A DNA stretch of 64,000 nt from an uncultured Haloferula sp. Lineage in GTDB: Bacteria > Verrucomicrobiota > Verrucomicrobiia > Verrucomicrobiales > Akkermansiaceae. Below, one piece after another: positions 50,692-58,658 of this stretch (its first letter is position 1; the number at the start of each line of letters is the position of its first letter). The notes under the pieces were generated by a model. That model had not been told where the DNA came from, did no database searches, and worked only from the letters and a program-made list of their open reading frames with translations. Location: positions 128,001 through 192,000 of the forward strand of contig CBFGTS010000007.1 in NCBI GenBank assembly GCA_965652295.1, written 5' to 3'. The position numbers and the translations under genes were made by a program.

Positions 50692-50987
50692 GGGCAACGG
50701 GGGCACGGCGTCGGCTTGAAACGACGTGATCGGTGTTCGCCACCACCAGCCACCTCACCACCGAGGGCACCCGTCCCGGGCGCGGCCCGCGTGCCATTGA
50801 AACCGCCAGTTCGAACCGGCCCGTCCGGCTCGATCCGCCCCCGAACGCCCTCGAAGTCAACTTCAAGAAATCCCTTGCGAAGCTCTGGTACTACTGACCC
50901 CGAACGATTGACGGCGGGGGAGTTGGCGGGGCGCGGGAAGTGGCTGGATGAAGTCACTGCTGGCATCGTTGGTCCGGCGTCGCACCA
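50692..50987 (+). repeat. 296-bp near-identical direct repeat, copy 2
   Basis: Matches 48900-49195. Confidence 0.92.
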
Positions 50988-51287
50988 ACCGATCCCGATC
51001 AGAAAATGCTCAAAATCTCGGACCGACCCCCAATCCGACCCCCAATCCGGACCGACCCCCAATCAGGAAAACGGCAGGCGAGCCGAATGCTCATGAAAAC
51101 GACCCCATTCAGAGGCAAATCCGCCCGGAAAGTTGAGCGGCAAGTCGCGCACAAGCCATTGATTGTCAGCAGGCCCCCGCGTCCAAAACTACAGAATGCC
51201 TGGCATCTTTTCCTGGCATCTTTTCAGGCATCTTTTCAGGACAATCTGATGCAGGATTACGAGGCGTGTTGAATCACCAAGGTTGAT

Positions 51288-52718
51288 TCACATGTAGAAC
51301 CGGTAGGAGGCTTTGGGCGGATTGCCCTCAGGGAGCCAACGTAGGATGTTTCCTACGGTTCTCGCTGCGGTGATGGTTATGGGCATGGTAGAGTCGATCT
51401 GGACGTTGTTCCAGTTGGTCTTTGAGAGCACCATGAGCTCTTCCATCAATTGCCGCATCCCGGTGTCTTTGCTGGGAATTTTGATTCCGAGCGTTCGTGG
51501 CACGTACATTCCGGGATATTCTTGATAGAAGTCGACGGATCCACGGGTGTAGAGGAATGCGTTTTTCTCATCGGCTTGTAGGTAGGTTCCGCGGAGTGGT
51601 GGATAGTATCCCTCCCGGAAAAGCCGTAAGTTGTCCCGGCTCATTGAGAGGAAGTCGCGGATATCGATTCCTGACGTGTCCAGGGCTTGGTTGAATCCAT
51701 CCAGTTCCCCTTGGCTGTAGGGTGAGGATTTGTGGATGACGACGCGGGCAGGTTGGTGTTTGTGCTCAGCTCGGAAGGCCTTGAGGCAGTCGGTAATGAG
51801 TGCTGCCGAGTCCTCGGGGGTGAGGTGGTATTGTCGGTCGTCTTTTGAAAGAACAGCATCCCGCCCCCGGACTGCGAGCCCGTGGCCGCGTTCGTTGAAA
51901 ACGTTGGCGATGCTGGTTCGGACCTGGCTCTTGTCGGGTGTGACGTAGAAGCTGATTCCAATGTAGCAGGTTTTGTAGTCGGCCTCGGGGCGTGGAACAC
52001 GATATGGGAACCCGCCGGCTTTGTAGTAGAGGGCGGTGTGAAAGTTCCACGCTCTGGTGGCTTCGTCCTGAAGGGTTCGTTGTTTGGAACGCTCGTCTTT
52101 CTCAGCCGACTTTTTCTTTGGGTCGTAGGTCGAGGGTCGAATAACCTGCACGGGTTTCCCGGCCTTCATCGAGAGGCCTTTGACGAGGTCATGGAATTCG
52201 AGCTTGAGCCGGGTTTTGTCCTTGGGGCGTTTGGATTCGGCTTCGTCGAGGTAATTGACCAGCTCCAGTGGCATCGCGAGTAGGATCACGTCTGGTGATT
52301 TGTCTGCGAGTGTTTCGATGCCCTCAGCGAAAACCCTGGCCGCATGTTCGATCCGATTGTCGTAGGGCCAGTCTTTTCCACTACTGGTGTATTCCCGGGC
52401 TGCAAGAGACTGGGTAAGTGATGAGTCGGTGGTGACAGTGGAGCGGAAGCAGCAGCTTTCGTTGAAACCCGGAAATGCGGGAAAGAGGTTTTTCTTTTGG
52501 CTGTCCTTCCGGGGGATGATGTCTCGGCACTTCTCCAACCATTGGGAGGCACCATCGATCGTTTCCTGCGAGCCGATGATGGCCAAGCGGATCTTTTCGG
52601 GTCTGCGATTTTGATCGAGGTCTTGGGGGCCGTAGTCGATCAGGCCATAGCGGATATCGACGTGCTGGCCGCCGTCTCCGAATTCAAGTGGGGGTTCTGG
52701 GATGTGGGAGACTACCAT
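51288..52718 (-). CDS. Short prokaryotic Argonaute (MID-PIWI, catalytically inactive)
   Basis: 476 aa; EPPLEFG N-terminus, FPAFPGF, FHDLVK..VQVI, QDEATRAWNFHTALYYKAGG, CYIGISFY, RVVIHKSS, YPPLRGT, LYTRG, YPGMYVP, LSKTNWN, PIT. No DEDX tetrad is evident. Confidence 0.92.
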   Translation of the reverse strand: MVVSHIPEPPLEFGDGGQHVDIRYGLIDYGPQDLDQNRRPEKIRLAIIGSQETIDGASQWLEKCRDIIPRKDSQKKNLFPAFPGFNESCCFRSTVTTDSSLTQSLAAREYTSSGKDWPYDNRIEHAARVFAEGIETLADKSPDVILLAMPLELVNYLDEAESKRPKDKTRLKLEFHDLVKGLSMKAGKPVQVIRPSTYDPKKKSAEKDERSKQRTLQDEATRAWNFHTALYYKAGGFPYRVPRPEADYKTCYIGISFYVTPDKSQVRTSIANVFNERGHGLAVRGRDAVLSKDDRQYHLTPEDSAALITDCLKAFRAEHKHQPARVVIHKSSPYSQGELDGFNQALDTSGIDIRDFLSMSRDNLRLFREGYYPPLRGTYLQADEKNAFLYTRGSVDFYQEYPGMYVPRTLGIKIPSKDTGMRQLMEELMVLSKTNWNNVQIDSTMPITITAARTVGNILRWLPEGNPPKASYRFYM

Positions 52719-54082
52719 AGTTCAGGTTGGTTCGGATCTTCGCTAGGTTCGGTCTCATCGTCGTCGTCATCCTCTTCGCTAAGTAGTTCAGCGATTCCAG
52801 TTCGTTGCCATGCATTGTCGTCGATTCCGGTGCCCAGCTCAAATTGAGCGGGCGGATCGAATGAAATAAGGTCGTAGCGTTTGGTGAGGTCACGGTCAGT
52901 GAAGATTGCTCGCCATAGCAAGAGGCTTCCTCGAACTGACGGATGGCGCTCTATTTGTTTGATTCCAGAGAGCAACTTCTCGGAGTTCCAGTATTCGGCG
53001 CGGCCGTCACTGGTAAAAAAGTAGGTTGGGGTGACTTCGAGGAACCATTTTCCACCGAGCCGCACGAAATTGGTGATAGCGGCTTTGTGACGGAAGTATC
53101 CCTCTCCCTCGTTACGATTTGAGGGGTGCCATTCGGCTGCCGACTGGGTGCCCGATTTCTGTAGCGACTTGGCCCTAATTTTACGCGGGTCTTTTTTGCT
53201 CTCCCAGATGAAGTAGTTGAGTTTCTTTTCCCCGTAATAGGCGACCTTTTGTTCGAATAGGTATTGTTTGAGGCAGAGGTTGAGCAAGTGGACGAAATGC
53301 CGTTTAAGATCTGGGTCGTCGGCAAGCGCCCAGTCTTCAGAGGAATTTTGTTCTATGGTGCCCGCTTCAACGAGTCGATTGAGCGGCCCATTGTTCAGGT
53401 CGAGGAAAGAGTAGACGGTTTCACTATTCAGGAAAAACTCCCTGAGGTGCAGGTTGTTTCCTGGGAGTTCTTTCAGTTCTTGGTAGAACCTTTCCCGGTC
53501 TCGATATTTCGCGGTTGCCGACCAGATCGTTTCGGGAAAGCTGGCGACAGGAAATAGGTTCGAGATGAGTTTCTCTTTCTTTGGAAGCGGGCCTAGGTGA
53601 CTACCCCCGCCGGGCTTTGCCAGGTCTGCGAGGAGTTGCGCTGCCGAGCTATCGAATTTGTCAGCCGATTTGTCGAAACGGACGGTATTTGTGTCCTTGT
53701 TTTTTGGGTTGTCGAAGTAGGCTTTGATGTCCTTCCAGTAGGCCTCTTCAGTGCTCGGTTTGCAGACGATGAGGATGACCGGCACGTTGCTGTTCAGCCA
53801 GTAGTCGATGTCGGGTGGGCTACAGGTGAAAGAAAATGCGTTCTGCGAGTTGGATTGGAATTCAGTCGAAGTCGCTTTGACTTGGGCGTGGATTACCCGG
53901 CCGGTAGCTACGCGACTTGCGGATTCAACGATTTCAATGGTGCCGTCGATGCCTTGGTCGATGTTGGTAGGGTTCCATGCAAACCCCATGTCGAGTACGG
54001 CCTGTTCGACAAGATTGACCCCTTGCTGCCCAGTCAAACCGGTCAGCCCGAATTTCTTTCGGCGGTGGGAACGTTTGCGCAT
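52712..54082 (-). CDS. DUF4365 PD-(D/E)XK nuclease-APAZ effector partner of the short pAgo
   Basis: N-terminal DQGIDGTIE...HAQVKAT...IDYWL..NVPVILI (DUF4365-like). C-terminal EKLISNL...RHKA...FVRLGGKWFLEVTPTYFFTSDG (APAZ-like). Overlaps the pAgo start by 7 nt. Confidence 0.85.
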   Translation of the reverse strand: MRKRSHRRKKFGLTGLTGQQGVNLVEQAVLDMGFAWNPTNIDQGIDGTIEIVESASRVATGRVIHAQVKATSTEFQSNSQNAFSFTCSPPDIDYWLNSNVPVILIVCKPSTEEAYWKDIKAYFDNPKNKDTNTVRFDKSADKFDSSAAQLLADLAKPGGGSHLGPLPKKEKLISNLFPVASFPETIWSATAKYRDRERFYQELKELPGNNLHLREFFLNSETVYSFLDLNNGPLNRLVEAGTIEQNSSEDWALADDPDLKRHFVHLLNLCLKQYLFEQKVAYYGEKKLNYFIWESKKDPRKIRAKSLQKSGTQSAAEWHPSNRNEGEGYFRHKAAITNFVRLGGKWFLEVTPTYFFTSDGRAEYWNSEKLLSGIKQIERHPSVRGSLLLWRAIFTDRDLTKRYDLISFDPPAQFELGTGIDDNAWQRTGIAELLSEEDDDDDETEPSEDPNQPELW

Positions 54083-54089
54083 TTGTATT

Positions 54090-54323
54090 TTACCCGGTGG
54101 CGATTTTGACGAGGACGGCTTCGATCACGGCGATGCTCATGGACTTCCCGGAGTCACGGATGGAGGACAGGGCACGTTTCCAGCGGGAGTCGCTGCGTGC
54201 GTTTTCTAGGAACTGGTGGCCTCGGTAGGTCAGGTCAGTGACCCGAAAAATGGACGGGAATCCTTGCTCGTCTCCGGGCGAGGGTTCAATCCCCGTTTCT
54301 CCGATTCTGCTTCTTTCTACCAT
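54090..54323 (-). CDS. DUF2513-like small protein, probably 5'-truncated
   Basis: LTYRGHQFLENARSDSRW motif; stop codon 7 nt before the nuclease-APAZ start. Confidence 0.55.
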   Translation of the reverse strand: MVERSRIGETGIEPSPGDEQGFPSIFRVTDLTYRGHQFLENARSDSRWKRALSSIRDSGKSMSIAVIEAVLVKIATG

Positions 54324-54739
54324 GGTGCGGAGTCGTAATAAGCAATACCTGCGGCTCTGTCGTATATGATAGTCTCGCCCCCGCCATCACTCTCGATCCT
54401 CTGGTAGATGAGGCCCGACCTTGCAGTCTTCGATCCATGGTCAGGTACTCCGGCAGGTCTCTTCGAAGAATCACCGAAAACATCACCTTCGTATGCGATC
54501 GGTTCAATGATTTCGGCAAATTCCCTCGGAGCGAACAACGAGCGAAATTCGATCTCTGAAATCATAAATTTCGCAATCCTACTGTGTCCATCATCCCAGT
54601 AGTGAATCGCAGAGGCGCTTTGCGGTAAGCTGAGAAACGTGACTTCACTGATCGATGCATCTGAAGAGGTTCGTGGTGGTGCTCCTTTACAACCGAAGAA
54701 GATAAACGTAGCTAAAAGGATAGCGCCAAAATCCTTCAT
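54317..54739 (-). CDS. Hypothetical lipoprotein, cassette-like
   Basis: Lipobox-like FFGC after a hydrophobic leader; low GC; followed by aagaaGCAGAAT. Confidence 0.65.
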   Translation of the reverse strand: MKDFGAILLATFIFFGCKGAPPRTSSDASISEVTFLSLPQSASAIHYWDDGHSRIAKFMISEIEFRSLFAPREFAEIIEPIAYEGDVFGDSSKRPAGVPDHGSKTARSGLIYQRIESDGGGETIIYDRAAGIAYYDSAPW

Positions 54740-54984
54740 TTCTTGCAAAGTTTTTATTCGTAGGGTCGAGGCTGGTTATATCCAGCGACTCTTTTTCGGG
54801 AGAGTGGCTGGAAATGCTTGATTCACAAGGATTTTTCCGGGCTGAGTGCGTGTATCGGCTGAGGTAGGAGTGTGTTTCAGGGGATGGAAGCGGGAGGGTG
54901 ATATAGGCGGTCTTCGGCCGATGGTGGGGTGCCGCGGAGTCGGGTAATGACGATCGTCGCAGGGACACTCCGCGTCACCCGGGA

Positions 54985-55100
54985 TGCATTCACAACCATG
55001 CCGGCCGCGGGCATGCTACCGCTGCGGGGATAGATTCCGACATTTCGGGTGAGATGGAGAGGCGGGGACCATGCCATGCCGATTTCATAATCGGCGCTCC
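54985..55100 (-). repeat. Inverted copy of the ~120-bp element found at 46201 and 47492
   Basis: Reverse complement reads ggagcgccgattatgaaatcggca..atggtccc...cgcagcggtagcatg...catggttgtgaa, colinear with the left copies. Confidence 0.8.
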
Positions 55101-55118
55101 GTGAAGGGCGCTCGGTGG

Positions 55119-56102
55119 TCAACGCTCCAGGGCCTGGACGATGATCCGGGCGACTTCGGTGCCGGAGTAGTCGCGGTGGTTGCGTTCCCAGCCTTTGCGG
55201 GCGATGGCGTTGCGGGCGTCGCGGTCGGCGGCGAAATGGCGGACTTTTTCGGCAAGGTCGTCGATGCCATCGAAATAGACGATCTCGTCCTCGGCGTAGA
55301 GTTTCTCAAGTCCGGCTCCGCGCGGGGTGAGGGTCAGGATGCCGTTGCCCATCAGCTCGGCGATGCGGGAGGACGAGTAGAGTTCGACGTCGCTGCGGCG
55401 GCTGAGATTGAGCGCCATCTTGGAGTGGCGGATCACCTGCTCCTTTTCCCAGCCCATGATGAGCGGTTGATCGAGGCAGCCGTAGTAGCCGACGTCCAGG
55501 CCGGGGAGCTTGTCGCGCAGCTCGGCGAGGAAGGCTCGGCGCTCGGGCTGGCCTTTGTCGCGACCGAAGAAGAGGAGGTCGTGCCGCATCTCCGTTTCCG
55601 GGGTTTCGAAGGAGCGGTGGCACTCGATGCCGGCATCGACGGCGCTGGGGATGAAATGGGTGGGGCAGCCGGGACTGGTGAACGACTCCAGCAGCGGGCC
55701 GCCGGTGGAGCAGAAAAGCCCGTCGAGCAGCGGAGCGCGGTCGCGCAGGTGCTGCGTGGCTTCGGCATCCCAGAGGGGATCGACGTACCAGAGGCCGATG
55801 CGGATGTGGGGGAGGAGGTCCCGGATTTCGCGCAGCGTCGCGGGCGAAATCCACTGGGCGTGGCCGAGAATCAGCAGGTCCGGGTGGACGTTGCGGCAGG
55901 TCTCGATGAGCGCCTTGTTGGCTTTCTTTTTCCCGAAACTCTTGCTGCCGGTGGGCGAGAGCATCCGCGCGCGGTCGTTCAGGGAGAAGGTGTAAACGAA
56001 ATGCCCGAGGCGGATGAGGCCGTGGTGGATTTTCTGGTCCTGATTCCAGAGGTGTGCGCCGTCCTTGTCGAACTGGAGGTTGCAGGCGTGAACGATGCGC
56101 AT
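55119..56102 (-). CDS. Glycosyltransferase (CgeB/GT-B-like)
   Basis: WYVDP, SKMALNLSR, YSSSRIAE..GNG, EIVYF, IARKG. Confidence 0.8.
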   Translation of the reverse strand: MRIVHACNLQFDKDGAHLWNQDQKIHHGLIRLGHFVYTFSLNDRARMLSPTGSKSFGKKKANKALIETCRNVHPDLLILGHAQWISPATLREIRDLLPHIRIGLWYVDPLWDAEATQHLRDRAPLLDGLFCSTGGPLLESFTSPGCPTHFIPSAVDAGIECHRSFETPETEMRHDLLFFGRDKGQPERRAFLAELRDKLPGLDVGYYGCLDQPLIMGWEKEQVIRHSKMALNLSRRSDVELYSSSRIAELMGNGILTLTPRGAGLEKLYAEDEIVYFDGIDDLAEKVRHFAADRDARNAIARKGWERNHRDYSGTEVARIIVQALER

Positions 56103-56151
56103 GGGCGGAGGCTAGGCTGACGATCGGCGACCTGCCAAGTTTCGGGAAATT

Positions 56152-56238
56152 GGGACCGGGATGGATAGGATGGATGGGATTTCAAAAATGATCAGCCGGG
56201 ATCCCGACCATCCTTTCGATCCTATCCATCCTGATCCA
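56152..56238. repeat. Nonamer-array inverted repeat element
   Basis: gggatggataggatggatgggat ... atcctatccatcctgatcc; same family as 62794-62886. Confidence 0.7.
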
Positions 56239-56311
56239 AATTCCCAAGGCTCTGCGTCAAGGATGTCTGTGGAACTTGAAAGAAGGGACTGGTTCGGCTG
56301 AGACTTCGGGC

Positions 56312-57352
56312 GTGTTCCGGATTTGTCATGTGCTGGCCAGCGTCGGGGAAAAGGGAGGGCTGGAGAAGAACGTCATCGAGCTGGCGAACCGCCAGGCGGA
56401 GCTGGGGCATGCGGTGAGCGCGGTGGCGGATGAGACGATGCGGTCGCATTTCGCGGACAATGTGGATTTCGTCGCGCATCCGATGTCGGCTGGAAGACTG
56501 AATCCGTTCAACCGGGCGGCGTTGAAGAAGCGGATCGCTGCGACCGGGGCGGAGATCGTCCACGCCCACGCGAACAAGGCGGGGCAGCTTGTGAGATCGA
56601 TCCGTCACGGGCTGAAAGGCATGAAGCGGGTGGCGACGGTGCAGAACATCAAGCGCAGCGCGGCCCCCTTTCGCGACTACGACGCGGTGATCACGGCCTC
56701 GGCGCAGGTGCGGGATTCGCTCGGGGGAATCCCGGCGACGGTGATCTGGAACTCGATCGAACCTCCGGCGGCGGGCACGAAGGAGGCGGCGCTGGCGACG
56801 AATCCGCCGTGGCTGGGTGGCGGGGAGCCGGTGTTTTGCACGGTGGGGCGGCTGGTGCCGGCGAAGGGGATGGATCTGCTGCTGGAGGCCATGGCGCAGG
56901 TGCCGGGCTTCAAGCTGTGGCTGGTGGGCGAAGGCCTGCAGCGGCCGGAGCTGGAGGAGATCCTTGGGAAGCACGGGCTCGGGGAGCGCGTGTGGATGGC
57001 CGGGCATCGCGACGATGCGGTGGGGCTGATGGGTTGCGCGGATCTGTTCGTGGTCGCTTCGCGAAACGAAGGTGGCCCCTACACGCTGGCGGAGGCGCTG
57101 CACATGAAGGTGCCGTGCCTTTCGACGAAGGTCGGCTTTGCGCCGGAGTTCCTGCCCGAGGAGGCGTTGATGGAAACGCACTCGGTGGACGAACTGGTGC
57201 GCGGCCTGCGGTTCGCGCTGGAGAAACCGGACGAACTGAAAGCCCTGATGGAAAAGCCCTACGACCTGGTCGCCACCGAGGTGACGCTGGAGGCGATGAC
57301 CCGCAAGGTCCTGGCGGTGTACGAGCGGGTGATGGCAGGTGGGCGGAGGTAG
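56312..57352 (+). CDS. Glycosyltransferase family 4
   Basis: GGLEK, VHAH, VGRLVPAKG, SRNEGGPYTLAEA. Confidence 0.9.
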   Translation: MFRICHVLASVGEKGGLEKNVIELANRQAELGHAVSAVADETMRSHFADNVDFVAHPMSAGRLNPFNRAALKKRIAATGAEIVHAHANKAGQLVRSIRHGLKGMKRVATVQNIKRSAAPFRDYDAVITASAQVRDSLGGIPATVIWNSIEPPAAGTKEAALATNPPWLGGGEPVFCTVGRLVPAKGMDLLLEAMAQVPGFKLWLVGEGLQRPELEEILGKHGLGERVWMAGHRDDAVGLMGCADLFVVASRNEGGPYTLAEALHMKVPCLSTKVGFAPEFLPEEALMETHSVDELVRGLRFALEKPDELKALMEKPYDLVATEVTLEAMTRKVLAVYERVMAGGRR

Positions 57353-57392
57353 CGGCGGCGAAGGCGGTCCGGGGACCGCCCCGCCGGGGTTG

Positions 57393-58577
57393 TCAAACCA
57401 GCAGCTTCATCCCGAAGCCCGGGGCGTCGGACACGGTGATCTTGCCGTCCTTGAGCGGGTAGTCTCCGAAGTCGACGTCGTCGGACTCGCAGGTGACGCC
57501 TTCGATGGTGCAGCAGTTGCCGAGGCCGGCGGCGAGGTGGACGGTGTAGTTCGTTTTGAACCGATCCCCCCATGCGTGCGGGCTTGCGGAGGCGTTGGCT
57601 TCCACGAGTTTGGGCATGAGTTTCCGCCATGGCGTGAAACCGTATCCCTGGGTGTCGTGGAGCACGGCATCGAGGATGTTCTCCCGCGCCAGCTCCAGGC
57701 AGAAGGCGGGGTCGGGATTGGCTTCGCCGTCGGCGACGAGGGTTTTCCCGCGACCGTTGGCGTGCATCCAATCGCGCAAGCGCTTGGTCTTTTCGCGGTC
57801 CTCCCGGAAGGGTTCCTCGAACCAGAACAGCGGCACGCCTTCGATGCCTTCGAGGAAGGCGATGGCGTCCTCCACGCTGTAGGCATCGTTGGCGTCGACC
57901 AGGATCTCGACGCCGCGGTCCTTGAAGGTTTCGTGGATGCGGTTGACGATCTCGATGTCGGTGGCGAGGCCTTCATCGTGCGGGTACCACTTGCCGCCGC
58001 GGCCGATCTTCACCTTGAGCTGGCGGTAGCCGTGGTCGAGGTCCCAGGCGCAGTTCTCGATCACCTTGTCGAGGCCGGCCGGGTTGTCTTGGGGTTCGAG
58101 TTCGTCGAAATAGATCATCCCGCTGTAGAGCAGGTTTTCCTTCGGGCCCTTCGCGCCGAGCAGTTGGTAGACGGGCTTGTCGAGAATGATGCCCGCGAGG
58201 TCGTGGAGGGCGAAATCGAGGAAGCGGAGTTGCGGGTTGAGGATGCCCTCGGCGGGATCGATGAGATCGGATAGGCGTTTGCCTTCGATCAGATCGGCGA
58301 GGCCGTCGTCCGGTCGCCAGGAGGTGCCCCAGCCCGTCGCGCCCTGATCCGTGTGGACCACGGCGACGGTGAGCCGGTGGTGCTGTCCGTGGACGTCGAG
58401 ACGCGAGTTCTTGCCAACGAGTCTCGGCCAGTTGAACCGGACTTCCTTGAATTCGATCTTGTCGATCCGGTGGCCGGAGAGGGTTTCAAGCGTCTCGTTT
58501 CCGGCGGCATGGGATCGGCCGATGAGGGCGGCCGTGGCTGCGATGCTGGTACTGTGGAGGAAATTCCTGCGTTTCAT
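57393..58577 (-). CDS. Mandelate racemase/enolase-superfamily enzyme with Tat signal
   Basis: MKRRNFL leader; KVKIG, VDAN, WFEEP, ADGE, PHAWG, PGFG. Confidence 0.85.
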   Translation of the reverse strand: MKRRNFLHSTSIAATAALIGRSHAAGNETLETLSGHRIDKIEFKEVRFNWPRLVGKNSRLDVHGQHHRLTVAVVHTDQGATGWGTSWRPDDGLADLIEGKRLSDLIDPAEGILNPQLRFLDFALHDLAGIILDKPVYQLLGAKGPKENLLYSGMIYFDELEPQDNPAGLDKVIENCAWDLDHGYRQLKVKIGRGGKWYPHDEGLATDIEIVNRIHETFKDRGVEILVDANDAYSVEDAIAFLEGIEGVPLFWFEEPFREDREKTKRLRDWMHANGRGKTLVADGEANPDPAFCLELARENILDAVLHDTQGYGFTPWRKLMPKLVEANASASPHAWGDRFKTNYTVHLAAGLGNCCTIEGVTCESDDVDFGDYPLKDGKITVSDAPGFGMKLLV

Positions 58578-58658
58578 GGGTTGTAGGTTGGGTAGCATAC
58601 ATCCCATGCCTCCCGCTCCTTGCAGAGGGCTGAAAAACGCAAGGCTTTCTTCGCTGGC

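Larger units (their letters stand above)
46201..55100. mobile_element. Accessory island bounded by diverged inverted repeats
   Basis: Visibly lower GC; ggagcgccgattatgaaatcggca at 46201 and its exact reverse complement ending at 55100; transposase fragments, attC-like sites and defence genes inside. Confidence 0.7.

Noticed and set aside
51020..51243. Short tandem repeats as a possible CRISPR array
   Set aside because: Units are 11-17 bp, directly abutting, with no unique spacers and no cas genes.
54278..54304. gagggttcaatccccgtttctccga resembles a tRNA T-arm/3' end and so a possible att site
   Set aside because: The stem does not pair properly, there is no CCA or remaining cloverleaf, and it lies inside the DUF2513-like frame.
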